Assembly: GCF_002113885.1 (NCBI RefSeq)
Contig: NW_018408642.1
Span: 211,064 to 275,063, forward strand
Source of the DNA: Mizuhopecten yessoensis
Lineage: Eukaryota
Direction: 5' to 3'
DNA: 64,000 nt
Positions 13,601 through 23,914 of this stretch are shown one piece after another. The notes beneath the pieces were generated by a model. That model was not told the DNA's origin. It saw only the letters and a list, made by a program, of their open reading frames with translations, and searched no databases. Made by a program: the position numbers and the translations under genes. Each line of letters opens with the position of its first letter. The first letter of the stretch is position 1.

Positions 13601-16600
13601 GATTTTTCTTCAAAAAATTTCCCCTATATGTTTTCTTTTAAGTTTAACAGTTAAAATGCATAATACTGCATATATACATATTTTTCACATAAAATAAACA
13701 GAAAGTCTACAATTTTAAGCTTAGAATTGTTTATAAATTGAAATATACTGCATGCATGTATGTCGGACAAAACCTTTATCTTAAACCTTCGTGACACCAG
13801 AGCCGTGTACCAAAATTTTAATTTCCCCAAATCTGAAAAAGGTAGATTCCCATAAAACCTGGATTGATCCCTGCCTCTGGTAGTACCATTTGGAGACTAG
13901 TACAAGTATCTTGTCATATTCCAATATATCTTTCTCATCACAAATCACCTAAACAAGACAAGAAAAGTATCATAAAATTATCAGCTTCCTAACACACACA
14001 AGATTTAGCTTCCTCGACATCACAAAAATATATCCCACCATAAACCAGCAGTTTCCTGAACAACACAAGAATGATGATGTAGAACTCAGACATTAAAGAT
14101 TCATTAACCTTTGAGAAATCTTACTTTAGCACTTGTGCCACGGTGTTGGGTCCAAACCACTGGCCAACTGCCTTTCCCTCGGACACACCCATAGATGCTG
14201 TGAAAACGAGAAAGGTTAAATGTTATTTTGATAAACCTCCCACATTTATACTGTAAGCACCAGTCAAAGGTCATTCCTAAATTAATCTGTACTTGACCAA
14301 ATAGCCTTTATTGACTTTGAATTTATATTTCTATGTAGTCTCCTTAAAGACCTGAACTAGAACAGCAAAGCTGCATGGAACATAGTACCGGTACTTGAGC
14401 GAGTCATCTGGTGATCATGACAATTATACTACTTATACTGTGTATGACCTAGTAAGAGCACCTTCCCTCTATCCTTTTACCTGGTCCGAGAGTCCCAACC
14501 GTCATTTACCAACATATATGAAGAAAGTGTCTATTATAATTTGAGAGTTTTGGAAGGTTCTCTTAATCCTTTACGTTTTAATTCCCCTGAATTGGTTAGA
14601 GACCAGGGAACTATATGTATATTAGGTCAAATGAATTTAACAGCAATATCCTACCAGCAGTGTTGCCAAAGGAGAAGGTTTGAGTTCTTCATTACAAAAA
14701 AAACATGCATTTATGTTTGGTTTATTTGTGTTTTACGCCTCCTAATGAACAGTTATGGTCATTTTAAGGACGTGCCAGATTTTGGTGGTGGCCTATGGCC
14801 AGTACCAGGCAACTGCCCCAGTGAGTAGGCCTCGAACCCATGACCAATTGGTGGATGGCTAGAGGTAGCAGAATGTCAGATGCCGTAACCACTTGGCCAC
14901 TTAACATACAGGCATTGACCTCTGACATGAAATGGTTTTGTGACAGATCAGCTGTATACTTACAAATGTTACGAAAGTTTGCAGAATACACTTTTTTTAA
15001 AAGAGAGTGCTGTACCAATTGAGATTGTGTTAGCACATCATGGTTTGGATATATTTTGCGCATACACCACTGTTTTTAGAAATGGTATTTTATATACACA
15101 TCATTGTTTAGAGATTTTGTTGAAAAACAACATCATTTAGAAATTATATAGTATAGACAACATTGTTTAGAGATTAGGTTGTTTACACACATGGTTTGGA
15201 GATCGTATACTCAAAAATACTTAAATATTGTGTTTTATGAAAACATAACTGTTTAGTGATTGTTCTCTCTACAGATCATGCTTTGTACACAGCAGTTTTA
15301 AACAGACAACCATGATATACTCACCTATCTGCTGTATAGAGTAGTAGGCACTCTTTTTGTCCTGGAACATACTAAGAATCTTCCAGTACATGTCTTCCCG
15401 CCGTCCGTCCTCGGCCCACCTCCAGTCTGTAAACAACCAGTATCAAAGTAGGAATGAAATGTACTGAGACTTGACTCTACCTACATGTTAAGTTCTCTCT
15501 TGAAAATAAAACTGAAATTAACTCATACCAATGAAATACATCAGTGGAAATCTGTTGAATGTTTTCTGTTTTAGATAACGTTTCAAAACATCATCACCAA
15601 GCTGTTAGCTCTGACTGGACAACTTGTTGCTGCCAGAATCTAACTAATTACGATGTCACAACGGATTAGCTTTATTGGGCTGGTAACTATGCAACTTAAG
15701 TACAATATTTTTACATAACTATTACTTATCTATTTTTTCTTCTCCCTTTGCAAAAAACTGGCATATGTAAGGTATTTACTAGTCCTAGTCATAGCTGAAT
15801 ATTGCTAAGAATATTCAAAATCATTTACCGTCAAAATCTTGTAACTTGTGCTAATTACATACCTGTAAATGTTTTCAGTTATTATTATTTTTTAACACAA
15901 TAAAAATTGTTGATTTGCAAGGTCCATCATCTTGGAGAGAAGGGAATTTTCAAAATGAGCTTATACCTTTTTGTTTACGGTATTGAGATTTAAGGGTAAT
16001 GACTTATAAGGGGACAATGTGCTGCTAATGCAAAGCTGTCCACTTACATCCTCACTGATATGACTATGAGGAAACCAAGACTTCTGCTGCATTGCAACAA
16101 ATCCTTTTTATCATGGCACCTACTGTCACGAAGCATATTAGGATGGTAAGTGAGTATCTCTGTATTTTATATTATCTATATCTCGTTCCGCTATTCACGG
16201 GTAAGCTATAATAGAAAGTTGGACTGACCACATAAGTAATGTTCACACACAGGCATTAGCCATTGTTGCGTTAAGATGTGTGTCATTTTGAGAAGGCCGA
16301 AAAACCAGACAGTCATCGTGACCACCTATGAAACAGGATGTCTGGTTCCAACTCGGAGATATATGGCCTAAGGTGGATTGTGGATAAAACAATCAACTAA
16401 ACATTGGTTCCACATTGTGAATACACTCGCAAGACTGTCTACAACATTGGTGCTCCAGAAAGCACATAGGGGTCGGAGTGACAACATTTATGGGACAGAA
16501 AGCTGGTATGGTGCTGTGGCTACAGCTTATGTCATTCCTCGTCATCAGCAGATGATATCGGGTGGAAACCGGGAATTCCGGGAAGTTCAATGGTGCTAAC

Positions 16601-19600
16601 GTCATCGAGACAGATATCGTTTTCCACTGGGACCAGAATTGAACAGACATTCAGTGAGACACTTGAAGGAGATACAGCACAGAGAAAGGCCATGAACTTT
16701 ATATATAAATATATCTTATAGTTTCATTGTAAATATTCATCAGTATGAATGAGTGAATGAGGTGTATGTATAATCATAGGTATGCGTATAGAGTATTACT
16801 GTGTAAATAAACTGTATATATGTATATTCCTTGTCTGTTAAGCTACACCACCGTTCTCCTACACTACACCTACTGGTACCTTATATGATGCTATAAAATA
16901 TTTACTTCATTTCAACATGACAAATGAAACATATTTCACATCAAAATTAATATCAGACAAGGGCCATTCTGTTGGACAAGGGCTGTTCTTTTACACAAGG
17001 GCTAGCTGTTCTGTTGGACAAGGGCTGTTCTGTTACACAAGGACTAGCTATAGCCGTTCTGTTGGACAGGGGCTGTTCTGTTGGACAAGGGCTGTTCTGT
17101 TACACAAGGACTAGCTATAGCCGTTCTGTTGGGCAGGGGCTGTTCTGTTGGACAAGGGCTGTTCTGTTACACAAGGTCTAGCCATTCTGTTGGACAAGGG
17201 CTGTTCTGTTACACAAGGGCGAGCTGTTCTGTTACACAAGGGCTGTTCTGTTACGCAAGGACTAGCTGTTCTGTTACACAAGGACTAGCTGGTCTGTTAC
17301 ACAAGGACTAGCTGTTCTGTTACACAACGGCTAGCTGTTCTGTTGGACAAGGGCTGTTCTGTTAAACAAGGGCTGTTCTGTTACACAAGGACTAGCTGTT
17401 GTGTTACACAAGGACTAGCTGTTCTGTTACACAAGAGCTGTTCTGTTACACAAGGACTAGCTGTTCTGTTTGACAAGGGCTGTTCTGTTACACAAGGGCT
17501 AGCCATTCTGTTGGACAAGGGCTGTTCTGTTACACAAGGCCTAGCTGTTCTGTTACACAAGGGCTAGCTGTTCTGTTTGACAAGGGCTAGCTGTTCTGTT
17601 TGACAAGGACTAGCTGTTCTGTTTGACAAGGGCTGTTCTGTTACACAAGGGCTAGCCATTCTGTTGGACAAGGGCTGTTCTGTTACACAAGGCCTAGCTG
17701 TTCTGTTACACAAGGGCTAGCTGTTCTGTTTGACAAGGGCTAGCTGTTCTGTTTGACAAGGACTAGCTGTTCTGTTTGACAAGGGCTGTTCTGTTACACA
17801 AGGACTAGCTATAGCCGTTCTGTTGGGCAGGGGCTGTTCTGTTGGACAAGGGCTGTTCTGTTACACAAGGCCTAGCTGTTCTGTTACACAAGGGCTAGCT
17901 GTTCTGTTGGACAAGGGCTAGCTGTTCTGTTTGACAAGGGCTAGCTGTTCTGTTTGACAAGGACTAGCTGTTCTGTTTGACAAGGGCTGTTCTGTTACAC
18001 AAGGACTAGCTGTTGTGTTACACAAGGACTAGCTGTTCTGTTACACAAGAACTAGCTGTTCTGTTACACAAGGGCTAGCTGTTCTGTTTGACAAGGGCTA
18101 GCTGTTCTGTTTGACAAGGACTAGCTGTTCTGTTTGACAAGGGCTGTTCTGTTACACAAGGGCTAGCCGTTTTGATGGACTAGGGCTGTTCTGTTACACA
18201 AGGACTAGCTGTTCTTTTGGACAAGGGCTGTTCTGTTACACAAGGGCTGTTCTGTTACATAAGGGCTGTTCTGTTACACAAGGACTAGCTGTTCTTTTGG
18301 ACAAGGGCTGTTCTGTTACACAAGGGCTGTCCTGTTACACAAGGGCTGGTCTGTTACACAAGGGCTGTTCTGTTACACAAGGTCTAGCCGTTCTGTTGGA
18401 CAAGGGCTGTTCTGTTGGACAAGGGCTGTTCTGTTACACAAGGTCTAGCCATTCTGTTGGACAAGGGCTGTTCTGTTACACAAGGCCTAGCTGTTCTGTT
18501 ACACAAGGGCTAGCTGTTCTGGTACACAAGGACTAGCTGTTCTGTTGCACAAGGACTAGCTGTTCTGTTACACAAGGGCTCGCTGTTCTGTTGGACAAGG
18601 GCTGTTCTGTTGGACAAGGGCTGTTCTGGTACACAAGGACTAGCTATAGCCGTTCTGTTGGACAGGGGCTGTTCTGTTGTACAAGGGCTGTTCTGTTACA
18701 CAAGGACTAGCTGTTGTGTTACACAAGGACTAGCTGTTCTGTTACACAAGAGCTGTTCTGTTACACAAGGACTAGCTGTTCTGTGACACAAGGGCTAGCT
18801 GTTCTGTTACACAAGGACTAGCTGTTCGGTTACACAAGGACTAGCTGTTCTGTTACACAAGGGCTCGCTGTTCTGTTACACAAGGACTAGCTGTTCTGTG
18901 ACACAAGGGCTAGCTGTTCTGTTACACAAGGACTAGCTGTCCTGTTGGACAAGGGCTGTTCTGTTACACAAGGGCGAGCTGTTCTGTTACACAAGGGCTG
19001 TTCTGTTACATAAGGGCTGTTCTGTTACACAAGGACTAGCTGTTCTTTTACACAAGGACTAGCTGTTCTGTTGGACAAGGGCTGTTCTGTTACACAAGGG
19101 CTAGCTGTTCTGTGAGACAAGGGATAGATGTATTTCAGCAGAAATTATGATGGAGAAGTAAGAAATTACCTCTGAAGTATTTTATTATATTATGAATAAA
19201 ACTTACCTCTTCCACAATGGTGAACGAGAAGGGCTTGAGCTAACATCATTTGACCACAGCGCAACATACATCCCCAACCTGTGTCTCCTGTGGGACCTGT
19301 ACCACCTGTCACACACAATTTTAATCTTAACAACTACCAGTTAATCAACGTGATAAAAACTGATTATCGTGGTGTTTTACTAGGAGTATTTATACCCATA
19401 CCGATAAGGAATTGTCTAAAGCATCAACAGATTGAAAGACATGTTACAAAAAAAAGTGTTATTATTTGGAAAATATGCTGAAACCAAGGTGTACAACTGC
19501 ATATTTCCAGCACTAGACTGCAGGCAGAAAATGTCAAATTCTACAAGCCCAAGCTGTATTGTCAAAATCTACTAGTCCCAGGTATTGCGCTGGCCGACTT

Positions 19601-22301
19601 GTGCATTACCAATTTAACATATCCTTCACTTAATTTTATATTGTATAGATGAATGGTTTTCAATAAGGAACATCTGATTATATACACTAGTTCCAACAGC
19701 CTGGACAACAAGCATTATTTTTGCATTCAAGTTCAAAAAGTGAAAAAAAATCTGTCAGGTATTCCATAAAATTAAATGATAGAAAAGGTATAAATCAGTT
19801 ACAACATCCATCAGTTTTTAGCTCACAAGAAAACTGATATCCTACTTTGAGCTGGGAGTATGGAGCTGATCGTATGGTTGATACGTTACCTACAGCAGGG
19901 AAATTTCTCCTGTATGTCAACCATAACCTCGACACAAAGTCATGCCGCAGCTCCTCTCGGTCTGAAATCATCCATTAAATTATTACAGGGTGGCAGTCAT
20001 TAGATCATGTTTATTCTTATACTGTTTTATTTAAAGTAGAACAAGCATGCATATCTGAAAATTAACATTCGAGCATGAAAAACGATGAGTCAAGTGGTTA
20101 AAACAGGTAAAATCAGAGTTTTTTTCTATCCTGTTACATACTTGATCCTTGTCTGTCATAACAGCCAAGGAAAATGAGGAGATATCACTGCTTTAGTCGT
20201 AAGCTAGGGTTTCAAGCAATCATGGATAACCTTGGGTTGACATTATTGAGTTTTCAGCTTATGTTAGATTACTACTTTTGTAACATGGAAAGGTCAGAAT
20301 TGTTTTCGTATTACACTTTTTTGTAAATGTGTATTTTTTCATGTGTATTTTTAAATGTGTATTTGTAAATTTATACAGTGTTACAGTGTGTACCCTAGTT
20401 ATAACATGTAATGTGTCTGTGCTGTTTATGTACAATGTGTTAATATACTAGAATGAGGAGATGTAAAGATAATAACATCAAGTAAAAAGGAATTATCACG
20501 GAAGAATAATTTAGAAAAAAAAACATGAACAGCAGAAAAGAAATTACCATGAAAAAATAGACATCATAGCGTAAAAGAAAATACCCCTTGGCCCCATTGC
20601 CTATACCCCACTTGCAATTGGGCAAACGCTCAACACGAAAACCATAAGTGAGGCATAATGTCAAGCAAGACACTAGGAAACAAAAAGGTTTTCAGATTTA
20701 TATAGATCCAAAGTGTTGAAATGGGGAGAGCGCTAGCAGATCAATTATTGCAGGGACCCCCCAGCAGTCATACTTTACGACAAGTATTGGGATACAGCAG
20801 TCCTACTTTACCCAAACCTGCAGGGGAGCCTTAATGTTGCAAGTAATATTGTAACAGGAAAGAGAGTAGTGTGCTTCCGTCTGAGATTGAACCCACAATC
20901 CTATAGGTTCCTTTAGCACTGAGCTAAAGGGATATTCCCTCTAGCTTCAAGCTAGAAGGCGACCATAATCCTTTGTACAATTAGAAACATCCACACTACT
21001 CGCCCCTTTTTAAATGTGTTTGTCCTTGAACACCATAGCCCAGGTTCTAACTCCCTGTCACCACAAGGTTGGACAAGGACATCATATGTAACAGGAAAGA
21101 GAATAGTGTGCTTTCATTGGGGATCGACGCCGCGGTCCCTAGGTTCCTAGTTGGACGCTCTACCACTGAGCTAGAGGGATATTTCCTCTAGCTTGAAGAT
21201 TAAGCTAGAAGGCCACCGTAGTCCCATGTTCAATTAAAATCTGCCTAAATAATTATTTGATAAGGTGTTGTCTGAACCTGGGTTGTACAAAAGTAAATAG
21301 TGTTGTTATGGAAGTAAGGAAGGATTGTAGAGTATATGGACAGAGTGTAGTGCCTCGCTGTTACTAAACTGTTCTTCTTTAGTCATCCAGTCCTCCTTCA
21401 ATCATTTGATGATTACGGACTGCTGTTAATCTGGTTACAATTACATTGTCACCATGGTGCGAGTTGCGGACTTTGTGTTAGATGTGTTATTGTGTTTAGT
21501 ATGCTTTAACAATGTGTATTACCATGTAGTGCACTGTAGACTTTCCCTAAGATGTACACTGGTTCCTCAGTTTTGGGGAAGTCAGCACAGGCTACAGTTG
21601 CACTCTCGTATGTAAACGTACCTGTTGGTATACAAATACACAGCAAAATATTCCCCATGATCACTAAGACAATATAGTAGACAACATAGAGGCAGTAACT
21701 GTTATTGTTTACATTCATCAAATACAGGATATATGTACAAGGGATTATTCTTCTCAAATACATTTTAACAAATAGAATAATTCTAACAATCATAACCTCC
21801 TCCCCCCAAAAAACCCACAATGGGATGTCATACAAAATTAGGGCTTGATCAGACTGATTACTATTAAACATTTAACACATACACTCAAGTGTAGGAAACA
21901 GATTTTCAGATTTTCCTATGGAAATACATCTAGAAAATGCAGGGCCCTAATGTTATTCCAGAGAAATGGGTGACAGATCTTAAAATGTCAGGCATGATTT
22001 ATTGATCCAACGTTCAGGCTATCATAAGCGAACAACCATCGAGATACATATACTTGTAGACGTGTACCTACGCATCTTATTTTACTAAGTTACTAAGTAT
22101 CAAAATAGATCCCAGACGACAGAACGAACTAGGAAATGGTCAGCGGATCGCGGACAAGGTTTCATTTGTTAAACGATATCAGTGTTGTTGCTGATATAGA
22201 TATCAACAACAGATCTTTATCTAAAATGCCTTTGCAATGTTTATAGAAATATGTCAACATCATGTTTTTAAACAACCTTACTAACCGTCTACATAATCCA
22301 T
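4558..22301 (-). CDS. ATG4B: ATG4A/B-type cysteine protease (peptidase C54), full spliced gene, 12 coding exons, 395 aa
   Basis: Manual splice of 22301-22286, 21621-21523, 19961-19890, 19305-19207, 15426-15325, 14197-14125, 13178-13099, 12225-12020, 11093-11015, 8236-8097, 7071-6909 and 4616-4558. All introns are GT-AG with compatible phases (1188 nt). Motifs: [21 protein letters not shown] (catalytic Cys), [25 protein letters not shown] (catalytic Asp/His), [19 protein letters not shown] (LIR). Confidence 0.95.
5130..6822. repeat. 25-bp minisatellite (GATACTGAGTACTGACAAATATGTG) in ATG4 intron 11, spanning an N gap
   Basis: Period 25; explains the spurious [14 protein letters not shown] ORFs. 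Confidence 0.97.
6909..7071 (-). CDS. ATG4B: ATG4 exon 11
   Basis: ttacag|[54 protein letters not shown]|gtacat; 163 nt; the donor is less certain. Confidence 0.88.
7061..7287. repeat. 110-bp tandem duplication covering the ATG4 exon-11 acceptor
   Basis: CAATAAAACCCCTGT(A/T)ACAAATAG... at 7061 and 7171. Confidence 0.9.
7360..7458. repeat. 32-bp tandem repeat x3
   Basis: AAACAACTCACTCAGCCACAGTGTGCCAGTG. Confidence 0.9.
7502..7633. mobile_element. Palindromic MITE-like remnant
   Basis: Arms AAATAGCACTCT..GCAGTCAGGGGG..GGTAACATGT and ACATGTTACC..CCCCCTGACTGC..AGAGTGCTATTT are inverted. Confidence 0.6.
7640..8125 (-). repeat. 36/39-bp tandem repeat derived from the ATG4 exon 10 3' end plus donor site
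   Basis: Unit ACAAAGTTTGACCCCTCTATAGGCATC-GTATGT-GTC (TKFDPSIGI|VCV) versus exon end ACGGAGCTGGACCCGTCCATAGCCGTC|GTATGT (TELDPSIAV|VCI). Confidence 0.9.
8097..8236 (-). CDS. ATG4B: ATG4 exon 10 (catalytic Asp/His)
   Basis: attcag|[13 protein letters not shown]...[21 protein letters not shown]|gtatgt; 140 nt. Confidence 0.94.
8540..10800. repeat. 33-bp minisatellite (TACAGGATTATACAGAGGTCACTGGGTACAGTG) in ATG4 intron 9
   Basis: Period 33 with truncated variants; source of the [11 protein letters not shown] ORFs. Confidence 0.97.
11015..11093 (-). CDS. ATG4B: ATG4 exon 9
   Basis: ttacag|[26 protein letters not shown]|gtacgt; 79 nt. Confidence 0.95.
12020..12225 (-). CDS. ATG4B: ATG4 exon 8
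   Basis: cttcag|RGLCQEG...[26 protein letters not shown]|gtaagt; 206 nt. Confidence 0.93.
13099..13178 (-). CDS. ATG4B: ATG4 exon 7
   Basis: ctgaag|[26 protein letters not shown]|gtgagt; 80 nt. Confidence 0.95.
14125..14197 (-). CDS. ATG4B: ATG4 exon 6
   Basis: tcacag|[25 protein letters not shown]|gtaaga; 73 nt. Confidence 0.96.
14715..14900 (-). mobile_element. tRNA-derived SINE-like fragment
   Basis: Minus strand GTGGCCAAGTGGTTACGGCA (A box) and GGTTCGAGGCC (B box), ending in an A-rich (AAAC-like) tail. Confidence 0.55.
15325..15426 (-). CDS. ATG4B: ATG4 exon 5
   Basis: ttacag|[34 protein letters not shown]|gtgagt; 102 nt. Confidence 0.95.
   Translation of the reverse strand, partial: TGGGPRTDGGKTCTGRFLVCSRTKRVPTTLYSR
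16124..16868 (+). mobile_element. Solo LTR (745 bp) with 5-bp TSD CCTAC
   Basis: TGTCACG...ACTACA termini; CCTAC at 16119-16123 and 16869-16873; AATAAA at about 16806. Confidence 0.85.
16955..19125. repeat. 19/23-bp minisatellite ((CTA)GCTGTTCTGTTACACAAGG) in ATG4 intron 4
   Basis: Two interspersed unit lengths, about 2.2 kb in total. Confidence 0.96.
19207..19305 (-). CDS. ATG4B: ATG4 exon 4 (catalytic Cys)
   Basis: gacag|[33 protein letters not shown]|gtaagt; 99 nt. Confidence 0.97.
19890..19961 (-). CDS. ATG4B: ATG4 exon 3
   Basis: tttcag|[24 protein letters not shown]|gtaacg; 72 nt. Confidence 0.95.
20850..21237 (-). mobile_element. TRIM-like mini-LTR element with tRNA-like sequence in both terminal repeats
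   Basis: Direct repeats 20850-20995 and 21087-about 21237 (period 237). Minus strand TG...TGTTACA ends, a purine tract AAAAAGGGGCGAGTAG abutting the downstream repeat, a 91-bp internal region, and A box TAGCTCAGTGG. Confidence 0.6.
21523..21621 (-). CDS. ATG4B: ATG4 exon 2
   Basis: caacag|...[32 protein letters not shown]...|gtaata; 99 nt. Confidence 0.93.
22286..22301 (-). CDS. ATG4B: ATG4 exon 1 coding part (MDYVD-G)
   Basis: AAA ATG GAT TAT GTA GAC G|gttagt; phase 1 matches exon 2 and gives MDYVDGTFTYE, similar to the vertebrate ATG4B start MDAATLTYD. Confidence 0.75.
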
Positions 22302-22419
22302 TTTCTACGTCTGACAAGTCATCTGCTTCAAGGCGTTCTCTAGTGTTATCTGCACGTACTGAGAAAACATCCGAGAGTAGCCGAACAAACGACAACATTG
22401 AGGAAAATATGTAACGTAT

Positions 22420-22440
22420 CGTCTGATTGGGCGAAATTGG
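22420..22440 (-). promoter_or_regulatory. CCAAT box(es) upstream of the ATG4 start
   Basis: CCAATCAG (22423-22430) and a second CCAAT (22436-22440) on the minus strand, about 125 nt upstream of the ATG, in a locally CpG-richer region. Confidence 0.35.
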
Positions 22441-23317
22441 AATAGGATTAAAGATGCTAGTTCATCATTTTCAAAATTATTCTGGGCTTAAGTTATGGAG
22501 GCAAGAACAAAGCCACCAAACACTAAAAAAAAAAAAGCCGTGAAAATATTGGTTAGTTTAAACGTTTGTTAGCAGACTTGTAATATCTTATAAGCCATTA
22601 CTTGGGTTATGTTGTCCGACGCTCAGCACTAACCACGTGCACTGTTACCCCAAACAGGACTCTTCAATGTACCTTTTACCATAGTATCGATCAATTCCAA
22701 AAACGTTTGTTATTTTTTTTATAAATAGATACCATCCAATTTTCATTTCTACTACAAGATGGATTTTTTAGCGCGGTTCTATGCTGCCTTGAACAGATGT
22801 TACTGTACTCTGAAAGCACGTGCTGAAAGGATTCAAATATCTTAGAGTCAAAGGTGGTTCCCATTAAATTTCTTCTCAAAACTAGTATTAGATTTGATAA
22901 AATAGACATTTGAAAATGATATCCAAACAAATAGCGTCGCACGGCATGTAAATCAGGAAAGTCTTGGTTTTTTTTTGCTAATTATTCTTACCTTTGATGC
23001 TATCTAAGTCCGTGCCTTTACATTGTCCATGTGACGATAATCAGCAGCCAATCAAGCTAATATACACTTAAATTGTCATAAAAGTATCATCAAGTGAAAA
23101 CTGCATAAAAATACTTCTTTACATTGCGTGACAGTTTCCTCGGCCGTTTTGCCACAATTTAAGTGTCCCATTTTGGGTACAGTGATGTTATAAGTAGGCC
23201 TATATAAACGAGCAGGGACAGAAATTAGTAAACTTTTTTTTATAGATATACTATCAAAATTCGTTATAAAACCAAACAATGTACCGAAATTCATAGCACA
23301 CTCAGTCTTTTTATCAA

Positions 23318-23320
<3 letters not shown>

Positions 23321-23348
<28 letters not shown>
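23321..23348. repeat. (AT)n microsatellite
   Basis: Read directly. Confidence 0.95.
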
Positions 23349-23351
<3 letters not shown>

Positions 23352-23559
23352 GCATACTTTTTGTATTACAGTGTGAGCAAGAAATTAATTGTTGATACTG
23401 GTTATAAACAATATTTGACAAAAAAACCAGAAACCCATTACGAAAACAAAACACATGTCTTTAGTTCTTGTCTGAAATCCAACGCACACTCCATGCTAAT
23501 AAGTACGTTGTTGTGTTTGCAGACACAGCATCTGAACACTCAATCCCTGTCCGCAAACA

Positions 23560-23820
23560 CTTTTATATTTCCTGCTTGCAAAAAGAATTCGACACTAGAC
23601 GAGATACTAGCTAATGACGATCTGGCATTACAATCGTTCAATTGTTCACATGTTAATACGGACCTGTCTCGTTTGTATTGAATTCCGAAACTTCACAAGA
23701 ATCGTTATAAACAACTTGTTACAGCTCACTCTGCTAGTTGCTCAACCAAGACACTATCCAGCCTTCTTACTACCATTCTTAGTGCCATTAAATCAAGGTT
23801 ACCAAATCATATCAAACTAA
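23560..23820 (+). mobile_element. Penelope-like retroelement RT fragment (decayed)
   Basis: DLSRLY*IPKLHKNRYKQ..AHSASCSTKTLSSLLTTILSAIK resembles the PLE motif LPxLYWIPKLHK.PYK.R.IAGS..CSTK.LS.LLT. Confidence 0.75.
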
Positions 23821-23914
23821 ACGATCCCCTAAGTTCCTTTTATTTTTTGAGACAGGCGGACAGTGATAAAAATACATGATCGTAAACTATATACGTTTGA
23901 GCATATTTTTGTAT

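Noticed and set aside
22162-22398. 78-aa ORF (MLSFVRLL...) as the ATG4 N-terminus
   Set aside because: Neither nearby donor puts it in phase with exon 2, whereas ATG 22301 gives MDYVDGTFTY in the correct phase. It could be an overlapping uORF only if transcription starts upstream of 22398.
22630-22825. TFEB/CLEAR sites in the ATG4 promoter
   Set aside because: Only bare CACGTG hexamers, without the GTCACGTGAC flanks.
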